Shown piece after piece: positions 17,180-26,425 of a DNA stretch of 47,504 bases (its first letter is position 1; every line of letters begins with the position of its first letter). The DNA comes from Sedimentisphaerales bacterium (GTDB lineage: Bacteria; Planctomycetota; Phycisphaerae; Sedimentisphaerales; Anaerohalosphaeraceae). The stretch covers positions 1 to 47,504 of the forward strand of contig JAFGKL010000033.1 of the NCBI GenBank assembly GCA_016928585.1, given 5' to 3'. A program made the translations under genes and the position numbers. Under the pieces are notes generated by a model. That model saw nothing but the letters and a program-made list of their open reading frames with translations, had not been told where the DNA came from and did no database searches.

Positions 17180-17632
17180 ATGAATATACGAAAAGCCACA
17201 GTTAAAGATGTCGAAGCGATTCATTCGCTTATCAGCTACTATGCAGAGCTTGATAAGATGCTTTTTCGCTCTCACGCTGATATATACGAGAAACTGCAGA
17301 ATTTTGCAGTTGCCGAGTCTGATTCTGAAGTTGTTGGCTGTTGTGTTTTGCAGGTGATATGGGCCGATCTTGCTGAAATCAAGTCTCTTGCTGTTAAAAA
17401 ATCATATTTTGGGCAGGGGATCGGCAAAAGTCTTGTGCAGAGATCTATTGATCAAGCCATGGAATTGGCGGTTGACAAAGTGTTTGTTTTGACCCTGGAG
17501 CCGGCTTTTTTTGAGAAAATCGGGTTTACCAGGATCGAAAAAGAATTGTTACCAATGAAGGTTTGGAGCGATTGCGCAAAATGTTCCAAACAGGATCATT
17601 GTGATGAAACAGCCCTTATTTACTCTATTTAA
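17180..17632 (+). CDS. GNAT-family N-acetyltransferase (short ArgA-like type)
   Basis: 150 aa. Acetyl-CoA binding motif is like LAVKKSYFGQGIGKSLV. The C-terminal Cys cluster WSDCAKCSKQDHCDE resembles that of short amino-acid N-acetyltransferases. Confidence 0.85.
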   Translation: MNIRKATVKDVEAIHSLISYYAELDKMLFRSHADIYEKLQNFAVAESDSEVVGCCVLQVIWADLAEIKSLAVKKSYFGQGIGKSLVQRSIDQAMELAVDKVFVLTLEPAFFEKIGFTRIEKELLPMKVWSDCAKCSKQDHCDETALIYSI

Positions 17633-17726
17633 ACCTTGTTAAACCGACCGGACGGTATATAGTCACAAAAAGTTTTCCACAATGATTAACAAAATAGCGT
17701 AAAAAGGGGCGTAATAATTTTTAAGT

Positions 17727-17749
17727 GCTTGTCTTACAATAAGATAAGC
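17727..17749. terminator. hairpin between convergent GNAT and permease genes
   Basis: GCTTGTCTTA-CAA-TAAGATAAGC forms a 10-bp stem with one G-U pair. The flanks are only weakly T-rich. Confidence 0.3.
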
Positions 17750-17769
17750 TGTCTGTTAAAATGGCAAAA

Positions 17770-18756
17770 TTAGCCTACCTGGCGTCTTTGAAAGAGCGCA
17801 ATAGAGATCAGAAGTATTCCTGCTGAGTATAGGATGGCATATGTGGATGCAATAGTGATGTATCCTGATGTTACGGCCGCACCCTCCTGAATAGCGTCTG
17901 AAACCCAAAAAACCTGTAGATTCGGCACCAATATCTGGCCAATTTTTGCCCAGATGTGCTGGGTTGCGAACCGGCTAAAGACATAATCACTAATAAGTCC
18001 CAAGAGGAAAACAGCTACACAACAGGTGAGGGTCAGGACAATGTTGAATCTTGTTGAAAACATGATGGCAAGCGATACAAGTATTATTATTGCCAATAAC
18101 AGCAGTATAGAGGCGTGGACGTCAAATATCTTGATGGTTTGGTTTTGTGGATCAAATTGCCATTCCTTGTTGATCAAGGCCAGAAAGACCAAGGCTAATG
18201 TAGCTAAAATGGTCAACAATATTGTTGCTGTGGCGGGGAAATTCCAATCATAAACATAGTTTAAAAAGGCAGTTATCAATAATGTTAATAATAGAGCGAC
18301 CGATGCGGCTACGATCACCGGCCAGTCATGGAGGTCGGTTGCGGCTTCGAGTACGCCATGCCTGTTAACCATTATCATAGCGATAGTTAGGATATAATGG
18401 GCCAGAATAACAGCAAAAGCGACGCCCAGAAATTTACCAAGTATGAAAATAGGGCGTGAAACGGGCTTTGACAGGACGGTAGTGATGGTTTTTGACTCAA
18501 TTTCTTCGTTAACAGCACCAGTTGCTGAGAAAATAGCAATGAACAATCCGGCTATAAAAAGCGTAGAAAGTCCGATTTCGCGTAAAAATTTAATGTCTTC
18601 GTCGAGAGAGTACATTACAATTGACGGGCTTGTAAAGTACATGAATATTGCCAATGCAATTATTACGGCATAGACCGGTTGCCTGAGTGTTTCAGTAAAA
18701 GTGTTTTTGCCGATAATGTAAAGTTTGTACAGCACGACAGTATCCCAAAAAAACAT
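17770..18756 (-). CDS. ABC-2 type transporter permease-like membrane protein (no adjacent ATPase)
   Basis: 328 aa and polytopic. The segment EEIESKTITTVLSKPVSRPIFILGKFLG is typical of ABC-2/NosY-like permeases. Confidence 0.75.
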   Translation of the reverse strand: MFFWDTVVLYKLYIIGKNTFTETLRQPVYAVIIALAIFMYFTSPSIVMYSLDEDIKFLREIGLSTLFIAGLFIAIFSATGAVNEEIESKTITTVLSKPVSRPIFILGKFLGVAFAVILAHYILTIAMIMVNRHGVLEAATDLHDWPVIVAASVALLLTLLITAFLNYVYDWNFPATATILLTILATLALVFLALINKEWQFDPQNQTIKIFDVHASILLLLAIIILVSLAIMFSTRFNIVLTLTCCVAVFLLGLISDYVFSRFATQHIWAKIGQILVPNLQVFWVSDAIQEGAAVTSGYITIASTYAILYSAGILLISIALFQRRQVG

Positions 18757-18880
18757 TACAACTTTTAATTATTATTGTTATATTATTCTATTCATTGTTT
18801 GTAAAGATTGGAATTATTAATATTTGGTACATACTAAGGAATTATTTTGTTCATATTTAGACAGACGGGAATCATGACAC

Positions 18881-20926
18881 ATGAATGTATCGAGTAAAAG
18901 AGCTGAATATGTTTCCATTGTCGGATTAGTTCTAAGTTTACTGTTTTTTATCACAGCGTGGGTTGTAGGTGCGTTTTCTGGTGCTTATGCTGTAACGGCG
19001 ATCAGCTGGCAGATATTGAGCTGTTGCTTAATCTGGTTTGTTCTGGCGGTTCAATTTCACCAGATGAGCCTTGCCGAGCAGGAAAAACTTGATATCGATC
19101 AGCTTTCGAGGACGAAGGCATCCGATACGATCTTTCAGGGCAGTGCGGAACGAAGTGAGCTTTTTGCAGTTGCATCCAAGCGTCTTGCATTGATCGAAAA
19201 ATGGTTTGTGCCAATCTTTGCATCGCTTATAGCCGGCTATGAGATATTTATAGGTTTTTATCTTTTTAACAGAGTTTCCGATAAGCTTGCCGAGCCTCCC
19301 AAATACGCTCAGCTATCAGCAGTTTTCATGGTTATCATTGCATTTATAAGTTTTCTTATTTCCAGATACGCAACGGGTATGAGCGCTCAACTAAAATGGA
19401 AAGCACTTCGAGCCGGGGGGAGCGGACTGCTTGCTACCGCGATCTTTTCTTTTGCGGCTGCCATATCTTTAGCACTTGCACAATTTAAAATAATTGCAGT
19501 AGTCAATGTTCTTGCATGGGTTGTCCCGGTTGTGTTGATAGTTATAGGAATCGAGACGGGACTTAATATAATCCTCGATATATACCGTCCGCGGATAGCA
19601 GGCCAGTACAGTCGCAGTGCATTTGATAGCAGACTGCTTGGAATATTTAATGAGCCTGGTGGGATCTTTCATACCTTTGCGAGCACTATAGATTATCAAT
19701 TTGGATTTCAAGTTTCGCAGACATGGTTTTATAAGCTTCTCGAAAAGGCGATCATCCCGCTTTTCCTTTTTTTAGTCCTTACATTGTATCTATTGAGCTG
19801 CTTTGTGGTTTTAAGGCCTGGCGAGGAGGCAGTTATCGAACATTTTGGGTCGTTCGACAAGATCGTAGGCCCTGGTTATACATTTAAACTTCCGTGGCCC
19901 TTTGATATGGCTTATAAATATCCGACGAGCGAAGTGAGACGGATCGATATTGGATTTTTGGAGTCGGAAGAGGCTCGGGAAAAAAACAAGGACAATCCGA
20001 TGCTTTGGGGCGAGCAACATTACGAGGAGGAATACAATCTTCTTGTCGCGACGGAGTCCGACGGGTCTTTAGGTGAAGGGGCTATCCCGGTAAGTATTGT
20101 TCGGGCGGCAGTTCCTATTCACTACAAAGTCAAGGATCTTAAGCAGTATCTATATAACCATAACGATACCGAAAATATGCTGAAGGCGATTTGTTATCGT
20201 GAGCTTGTTCGTTTTACAGCAAGCTCTAAGGTTGAAGCATCCGATAACGAAGATTCAAGTGTGGAAAGTGAAAGCCTTTTGGGTGGTGGCAGAGGGAAGG
20301 CAGCGGAAGTCCTTATCAACCGTATACAGGCGGCCGCTGACAAAGAAGAACTTGGAGTTGATGTTGTATTCCTGGGCCTGCAGGGAGTTCATCCGCCGCC
20401 AGAGGTTGCCGAAGATTATCAAAAAGTTGTAGGTTCGGTGCAAAAGAGGCAAGCCGAGATATTGACCGCACTTGCCGAACGCAACAGCATCCTTGCGACT
20501 TTGGGCGGGTCTGTGCGTGAAGCTAACGAACTTTACAAACTGGCACATCGTTACCAAGAGGCAAAGGAAAGCGGTAAAGACGTTGAAGAACTTACCGAGC
20601 TGGTTCAGAATGCCTTTAATGATTCCAGGGGTGAAATATTCAAGATATTAAGCGAATCGCAGAGCTATGCGTTTGAGCGTGCCAAGAAGTCCGAAGCTGA
20701 CGGGAAGCGTTTTAACGATCAAGTACTTGCATACAGGGCATCTCCTAAGATCTATAAGCGTCTCAAACGTCTTGAGATGCTTGAGGAGGCTCTTGAGAAT
20801 GTTCGTAAATATGTAGTAGTTGCCGACAAATCAGATTCTCGTGTTTACATAGTCGATCTTAAAGAGAAGCTTGAGCCGAGTCTTTATGATATGAGCATCG
20901 ATGAACTGGAAGCAGGAAGTAAATAA
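18881..20926 (+). CDS. polytopic membrane protein fused to a C-terminal SPFH (band 7) domain
   Basis: 681 aa. About 7 predicted TM helices lie in residues 1-307. An SPFH start follows (VVLRPGEEAVIEHFGSFDKIVGPGYTFKLPWPF), then a coiled-coil tail. Confidence 0.8.
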   Translation: MNVSSKRAEYVSIVGLVLSLLFFITAWVVGAFSGAYAVTAISWQILSCCLIWFVLAVQFHQMSLAEQEKLDIDQLSRTKASDTIFQGSAERSELFAVASKRLALIEKWFVPIFASLIAGYEIFIGFYLFNRVSDKLAEPPKYAQLSAVFMVIIAFISFLISRYATGMSAQLKWKALRAGGSGLLATAIFSFAAAISLALAQFKIIAVVNVLAWVVPVVLIVIGIETGLNIILDIYRPRIAGQYSRSAFDSRLLGIFNEPGGIFHTFASTIDYQFGFQVSQTWFYKLLEKAIIPLFLFLVLTLYLLSCFVVLRPGEEAVIEHFGSFDKIVGPGYTFKLPWPFDMAYKYPTSEVRRIDIGFLESEEAREKNKDNPMLWGEQHYEEEYNLLVATESDGSLGEGAIPVSIVRAAVPIHYKVKDLKQYLYNHNDTENMLKAICYRELVRFTASSKVEASDNEDSSVESESLLGGGRGKAAEVLINRIQAAADKEELGVDVVFLGLQGVHPPPEVAEDYQKVVGSVQKRQAEILTALAERNSILATLGGSVREANELYKLAHRYQEAKESGKDVEELTELVQNAFNDSRGEIFKILSESQSYAFERAKKSEADGKRFNDQVLAYRASPKIYKRLKRLEMLEEALENVRKYVVVADKSDSRVYIVDLKEKLEPSLYDMSIDELEAGSK

Positions 20927-20948
20927 AATAATTTAAGGTGTAATTAAA

Positions 20949-21836
20949 ATGAAGAACGTATCAGTGTTAATCCTTGTGATATTAATAGTAGTTGTGCTCG
21001 GTATATTTTTCGTGACGTTTCAGGTGCGTGAGACGGAGATCGCGATAGTAACAACCTTTGGTAAGCCCAGCAATGATTCAATCGATGAGCCGGGTTTTTA
21101 CTTTAGATGGCCAGCTCCGATACAATCGGTGTATAAGTTCGATTCGCGGAACCATCTCTTCGAGGGGATAATGGAAGAGACGACGACTCGCGGCGGAGAA
21201 CCAATCATTATTACCAGCTATGTGGTTTGGGATATAGGCGATCCTCTGCGTTTTCTTGAGTCGGTTCATGACAAAAAAGGGGCAGAGGAACATTTACGTG
21301 CTCTTTTGCGAAATACTCAGAACGAAGTTGTCGGTCGGTTCTATTTCAGTGAATTCGTAAATGCAGACAAAGAAAAGATCAAGTTCGAGCAGGTTGAACA
21401 AAAAATGCTTGAAGGCCTTAAGGGTCAGGCGCTTGCCGATTACGGTATCGATATCAAGGAAGTCGGTATCAAACAGCTTGGGATCAGCGATAAGGTTACT
21501 GAAGATGTTTTTGCGAGAATGAGGGCTGACCGAAAGCGGAAGACGGAGGAAACGATAGCACAGGGTAACGCCGAAGCGACTAAGATCAGGACGGATGCCG
21601 AGAGCAAAAAGACCGAACTTCTTGCGATAGTTGAAGCCGAGGCGAAATCGATCAAGGGCAGCGGAGATGCCGAAGCCGCGAAGTATTACAAGCTACTGGA
21701 GGCAGATGAAGACCTTGCAATGTTCCTTAGGGATCTTGAGTCTCTGAAGATGATACTCAAGGAAAAATCCACGATAGTCATCGGAGCCGAAAGCGAACCC
21801 TTCAAGCTTTTGAAGAGCGTTCCTGATATTAAATAG
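20949..21836 (+). CDS. SPFH-domain protein, HflC-like
   Basis: 295 aa. It has an N-terminal TM helix, then FQVRETEIAIVTTFGK...PGFYFRWPAPIQSVYKFDSR, and an Ala/Glu-rich coiled coil. Confidence 0.85.
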   Translation: MKNVSVLILVILIVVVLGIFFVTFQVRETEIAIVTTFGKPSNDSIDEPGFYFRWPAPIQSVYKFDSRNHLFEGIMEETTTRGGEPIIITSYVVWDIGDPLRFLESVHDKKGAEEHLRALLRNTQNEVVGRFYFSEFVNADKEKIKFEQVEQKMLEGLKGQALADYGIDIKEVGIKQLGISDKVTEDVFARMRADRKRKTEETIAQGNAEATKIRTDAESKKTELLAIVEAEAKSIKGSGDAEAAKYYKLLEADEDLAMFLRDLESLKMILKEKSTIVIGAESEPFKLLKSVPDIK

Positions 21837-21882
21837 AAGTAAGATCAATAAAAGCAATTTAATTTGCCCGGAATTATAAATT

Positions 21883-23154
21883 ATGACAGAAAATCAGATT
21901 GAACAGAACAATACAAATATCGAGCCGAATACGGTTGAAGAGCTTGATGCAGCGAACAAGTCACTGACCGATGCGTTGTCGATCAGCTTTGGAATACTTA
22001 AGATCGTGATGATCGTTCTTATAGTTCTCTTTGTTACTTCAGGGATATTCAGGGTTCAGTCGGATGAGCAGGCGATGATCCTTCGTTTTGGTAAAGTTCG
22101 CGGCATTGGCGCATCACGTATGTTAGAGCCGGGTCTTCACTGGGCGTTCCCTGAGCCGATCGACGAGATAGTAATTATTCCGGTAAAGAAGGTTCAGTCT
22201 CTTGCTATAGATTCGTTCTGGTATTCTATGACCGAAGCGGAGAAAGTAAGCGGTATACCCGGCCCGGGTCCCAAGACTCTGAATCCGAAAAACGACGGTT
22301 ATTGCCTGACTCGCAATGACAGTATTGCGGATACGTCAGGGGTAGGAAATGATTATAATATAGTACATTCAAAGTGGCAACTTACCTACAAGATCGATAA
22401 CCCCGAGAAGTTTTTCCGGAATATTTATTACAGGTCTCCGATACCCGGAGAGGATTTTCTTGATGTTGCATCTGAGACGGTAGATCCTTTGCTTAAGGTT
22501 TTGGCCGAAGATGCAATTGTTTCCTCAATGCTCAATTACAGTATTGACGAAGCGATCGTTAGTAAATCCGGCATTGCAAGTGATGTTAAAATTTCATTGC
22601 AGGAGAAGCTGGATCAGATCGAAAGTGGTATAACGGTAGTCGCGATGCAGGTTGCGGGCAAGATAACCTGGCCGCGACAGGTTAATAATGCTTTTCAGGC
22701 ATCCAACAAAGCGAGCCAGGAAAGCCAAAAGCTTATTACTGAGGCCAAGTCATACGCAGAACAGACCTTGAACGAGGCCGGTGGTCCCGATGGCGAGCAG
22801 GTTCTTATGGCGTTGAAAAAAGAGGAGCTTTCTTACGATCAAAAACAGAAGTTCCTTTCACGTCTTTCGGGGCAAAGCCAGGAAATGATCTCCGAAGCAA
22901 GAGCGTACAGAACCAAAGAGATCGAAGGCGCCAAAGCGAACGCTGAATATCTGCAGAAGCTTTTACCAGAGTATAAGGAAAGGCCCAAGCTTGTACTTCA
23001 AAAGCTTTATCAGGAGGCAGTAGAGGATGTTTTAAACAACGCAGATGAGAAGGTATTTATTCAGCATTCAGAAGGCGGTAAACCTAAAGAACTGAGGGTT
23101 CTTGTTAATCGGGACCCGAGTATAGGCAAAGAAAAAAGCGAGTCGCAGAAATAA
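21883..23154 (+). CDS. SPFH-domain protein, HflK-like
   Basis: 423 aa. It has an N-terminal extension, a TM helix, and FRVQSDEQAMILRFGKVRG...EPGLHWAFPEPIDEI. Confidence 0.85.
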   Translation: MTENQIEQNNTNIEPNTVEELDAANKSLTDALSISFGILKIVMIVLIVLFVTSGIFRVQSDEQAMILRFGKVRGIGASRMLEPGLHWAFPEPIDEIVIIPVKKVQSLAIDSFWYSMTEAEKVSGIPGPGPKTLNPKNDGYCLTRNDSIADTSGVGNDYNIVHSKWQLTYKIDNPEKFFRNIYYRSPIPGEDFLDVASETVDPLLKVLAEDAIVSSMLNYSIDEAIVSKSGIASDVKISLQEKLDQIESGITVVAMQVAGKITWPRQVNNAFQASNKASQESQKLITEAKSYAEQTLNEAGGPDGEQVLMALKKEELSYDQKQKFLSRLSGQSQEMISEARAYRTKEIEGAKANAEYLQKLLPEYKERPKLVLQKLYQEAVEDVLNNADEKVFIQHSEGGKPKELRVLVNRDPSIGKEKSESQK

Positions 23155-23205
23155 AGATCACTAAAAAGCAATTTAAACAGGATATCAAAACGGATAAGAA
23201 CTAAT

Positions 23206-25143
23206 ATGGCTCATAATCATTTAGGTATTAAAGAAACGGAAATCGATTACGATCATACTAAAGGCAAGCAGTTCCGTGTGAGCCTTGCGATGATAGGTAC
23301 GCTTGCGGGTGGGATACTTTTGTTGAATAGTCGCATTGCTCCTGTATTTTATGGTTCCGGCAGTGAGATAGCACAGCTTTGCGCGATGATAGGAGCCATC
23401 CTTCTGAGTGCTCCTGTAGTTTGGCATGCATTAAGGTGTATGCTTCACGGGCATATGCACATGGACGAGCTTGTTGCGTTGGCTATAATAGCAGCCTTTG
23501 CGAAGGGCGATTACGCAACGGCCGGAATAGTTGCGTTTATAATGATGCTGGGAGAACTGATGGAGACGCGAACTGCTCTAGGTGCAAGGGCATCGATCGA
23601 GTCGTTGATCCGTTTGACCCCGACAGTAGCTAATATTGTAAAAGAAGACGGCAGCGAAACGGAAGTTCAGGTTAGCGGGCTAAAACCCGGAGATGTTATA
23701 AGGGTTCGTCCTGGTGATAATATCGCGGCAGACGGAGAGATCAAGGTTGGCATCAGTACCGTTAACGAGGCGACGATCACCGGAGAATCGCTGCCGGCCG
23801 ACAAAGTTCCCGGTATGCAGGTTTTTGCCGGAACAACAAACCTTACCGGCGCTCTTGATATAACGGTAACCAAGGCTGGAAGAGACACAACGCTTGGCAA
23901 GGTTCAGTCGCTTATCATGGCGGCGGAAAAAACGCAAAGCCCGATCATGCGTATAATCGACACTCATGTTAAGTGGTATGTTCCGACGATCCTGATGATA
24001 AGTGCGATTATCTGGTACTTTACTAATGATATAAACCGTTCGATATCGGCACTTGTTATATCATGTCCCTGTGCGCTTATACTTGCGACACCGACGGCGA
24101 TGGTTGCGGCGCTTAGTGCGGCTGCGAGGCTTGGTATACTTATAAAGAACGTTTCGATCCTGGAAATAGCGGGCAAAATGACCGCGATCGTTTTCGACAA
24201 AACAGGTACTTTGACAACGGGCCAGCTATTTGTGACCAAACTGGAGCCTGCTAAAGGCGTAGAGCCTGCGGAATTGCTAAGAGCGGCAGCATCTGCCGAG
24301 CAGATGAGTAAACATCCAGCGGCAAGGGCCTTGCTTGAAATAGCAAAAGAAGCTAATGTGAAACTGCCGGTTTCCTCGGATTTCATGGAGACTCCGGGCA
24401 AGGGGGTAACAGCAACAATAGAGTCGTCGAAGATAATGGTCGGGCGTGACTCATTCCTTAAGGAAAATAATATAGAAGTAGGCAATGTTGTCGATCCTTC
24501 ATTACACGAGGAGCAGGGCTTCAGTACCCTTTATGTATCTCGTGATTCTGTTTGTATTGGCTGGATAGGTTTACAGGACAAGTCGAGACCGCAGGCACAA
24601 CATGCGGTAAGCGAATTATTTGAGGCGGGAGTTAAAAGAGTTACAATGTTGACCGGAGACAGGAGCGAGGTTGCTAACCGTATTTCTGCGGAGCTTGGAT
24701 GTACCGATTTTAAAGCTCATTGTCTGCCGCAAGACAAGCTTGCCGTTGTCGAAAAGATCAAACAGGACGGTCATGTGGTTGCGGTAGTAGGTGACGGTAT
24801 TAATGATGCACCTGCGCTTGCGGCGGGAGACCTTGGAATAGCGATGGGTGCAGCGGGAAGCGATGTTGCTATCAACTCGGCATCCATAGCCCTGATGAGC
24901 GACGATCTTAGACGGTTGCCGTTCCTTTTACATCTTTCCCGGAAGACCCGCGACATAATCAATATTAATCTTCTTTTTGGTATAGTGTTCATTGCGGTTG
25001 GAGTAGGGGCCTCGGCTGCGGGTTGGCTGCCCATTATTCTTGCAGCGGTACTCCATTTGGCCGGTTCGGTTATAGTTATATTCAACAGTGCCAGGCTTGT
25101 TCGATTTGGCGAGCATCTCGAACCTCATACGAGCCCCGTATAG
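23206..25143 (+). CDS. P1B-type (heavy-metal) P-type ATPase without N-terminal metal-binding domain
   Basis: 645 aa. Motifs: TGES, SCPCALILATP, FDKTGTLT, SKHPAA, MLTGD, GDGINDAPAL. There is no CxxC HMA domain. Confidence 0.93.
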   Translation: MAHNHLGIKETEIDYDHTKGKQFRVSLAMIGTLAGGILLLNSRIAPVFYGSGSEIAQLCAMIGAILLSAPVVWHALRCMLHGHMHMDELVALAIIAAFAKGDYATAGIVAFIMMLGELMETRTALGARASIESLIRLTPTVANIVKEDGSETEVQVSGLKPGDVIRVRPGDNIAADGEIKVGISTVNEATITGESLPADKVPGMQVFAGTTNLTGALDITVTKAGRDTTLGKVQSLIMAAEKTQSPIMRIIDTHVKWYVPTILMISAIIWYFTNDINRSISALVISCPCALILATPTAMVAALSAAARLGILIKNVSILEIAGKMTAIVFDKTGTLTTGQLFVTKLEPAKGVEPAELLRAAASAEQMSKHPAARALLEIAKEANVKLPVSSDFMETPGKGVTATIESSKIMVGRDSFLKENNIEVGNVVDPSLHEEQGFSTLYVSRDSVCIGWIGLQDKSRPQAQHAVSELFEAGVKRVTMLTGDRSEVANRISAELGCTDFKAHCLPQDKLAVVEKIKQDGHVVAVVGDGINDAPALAAGDLGIAMGAAGSDVAINSASIALMSDDLRRLPFLLHLSRKTRDIININLLFGIVFIAVGVGASAAGWLPIILAAVLHLAGSVIVIFNSARLVRFGEHLEPHTSPV

Positions 25144-25165
25144 TTTTAAATGGTAAAAGTATTTT

Positions 25166-26425
25166 GTGAGGCAGGTTGTGGCAAAAGTAAACAGTGAATA
25201 TGCTATTGAGACAATATCTTTGACAAAGGTTTTTCCCGACTGGTGGGGACGGGCGAAGGTTATAGCAGTAGATGATCTTAACCTTTGTGTAAAGCATAAT
25301 GAAGTTTATGGATTGCTTGGTCCGAATGGTTCGGGTAAAACCACAACTCTGAAAATGCTGCTTGGTCTTCTTTATCCGACGAAAGGAAAAGCGTTGCTGC
25401 TTGGGGGCGACAGCAGTAATACAAAGATCAGCGAGCGTATAGGTTATCTTCCGGAAGATTCATACCTTTATCGTTATCTCAGTGCGAAAGAGACGCTTGA
25501 TTTTTACGGCAGATTGTTCGGTCTTCCGTCACAGGTGCGTAAGCATCGCATAGAGAGTCTTCTTGAGATGGTTGGACTGACAGGTATGGCAAACCGTCCT
25601 GTTGGGACATTTTCCAAGGGTATGGCAAGACGAATAGGTTTAGCGCAGGCGCTTATAAACGACCCCGATCTTTTGATACTGGACGAACCTACGTCAGGTA
25701 TGGACCCGATAAGTACAAGACAGATGAAAGATCTGTTCATACGTCTTGCAAGCCGCGGTAAAACGATATTGCTCTGCAGCCATCTGCTTGCAGATGTAGA
25801 AGATGTTTGCGATAGGATCGGGATATTATACGGCGGCAAGATGCAGATTGAAGGTCAGGTTAAGAGTCTTTTGCAAAAGAGCAGTGAAAACCAGATAGTT
25901 ACAGGTCAACTAAGCGAAAATGCCCTTGAAAAAATAAAGCAGATCGTTCGTGAGGAACAACAAGATTGTGAAATAAGTTCTCCTATGGAGCGACTAGAGG
26001 ATTTCTTTGTGCAGACAGTTGCTTCTGCGCAGGAAAGAGAAGTGCCAACAAGCGGCGCGGTAAATACCGGCGGGATAGGAGGATTCCTTGCAGCTGAAGA
26101 TGGTAAAGGCGAAGATATTCTTGATAAGCTGGTTTCGGTTAGTGTAAAGAAAGAAGAAACTGACCAGCAAAAAGTTCAGACAGAAAAAGTCGAGAGAAAG
26201 CCTGTTAAACAAGAAGATAGCTCGGTACTTGAAAAGCTGACCGGAGGAAATGTTGAGCAAGTCCAAAGCGATAAGCCTAAGCAGCCGGAGATACTAGAAA
26301 AGCCGGTCAAAACGGTTGAACAGGTAAACGACGATCTGCTCAAGAAGCTGACTGGTAATGATGAAAAAAAGGACCTGACGGAGCGAACCGTATCCGATAA
26401 ACCTGGAGATATAGACGATGCGTAG
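25166..26425 (+). CDS. ABC transporter ATP-binding protein with repetitive charged C-terminal tail
   Basis: 419 aa with a GTG start. Walker A GPNGSGKTT, signature-like FSKGMARR, Walker B LLILDEPT, and H-loop CSHLL. The tail runs from about residue 291. Confidence 0.92.
   Translation: MRQVVAKVNSEYAIETISLTKVFPDWWGRAKVIAVDDLNLCVKHNEVYGLLGPNGSGKTTTLKMLLGLLYPTKGKALLLGGDSSNTKISERIGYLPEDSYLYRYLSAKETLDFYGRLFGLPSQVRKHRIESLLEMVGLTGMANRPVGTFSKGMARRIGLAQALINDPDLLILDEPTSGMDPISTRQMKDLFIRLASRGKTILLCSHLLADVEDVCDRIGILYGGKMQIEGQVKSLLQKSSENQIVTGQLSENALEKIKQIVREEQQDCEISSPMERLEDFFVQTVASAQEREVPTSGAVNTGGIGGFLAAEDGKGEDILDKLVSVSVKKEETDQQKVQTEKVERKPVKQEDSSVLEKLTGGNVEQVQSDKPKQPEILEKPVKTVEQVNDDLLKKLTGNDEKKDLTERTVSDKPGDIDDA

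Noticed and set aside
18881-23154. The three SPFH genes as an anti-phage defence system.
   Set aside because: There is no nuclease, NTPase sensor, protease or other effector-like gene. There is no mobile-element or defence-island context. The neighbours are transporters.
23964-24485. A 173-aa minus-strand ORF inside the P-type ATPase gene. Similar long antisense ORFs occur at 27799-28314, 29687-30211, 31886-32386 and 42461-42994.
   Set aside because: All lie antisense within genes that carry unambiguous family motifs. They have no SD and compositionally odd products. They are typical shadow ORFs.
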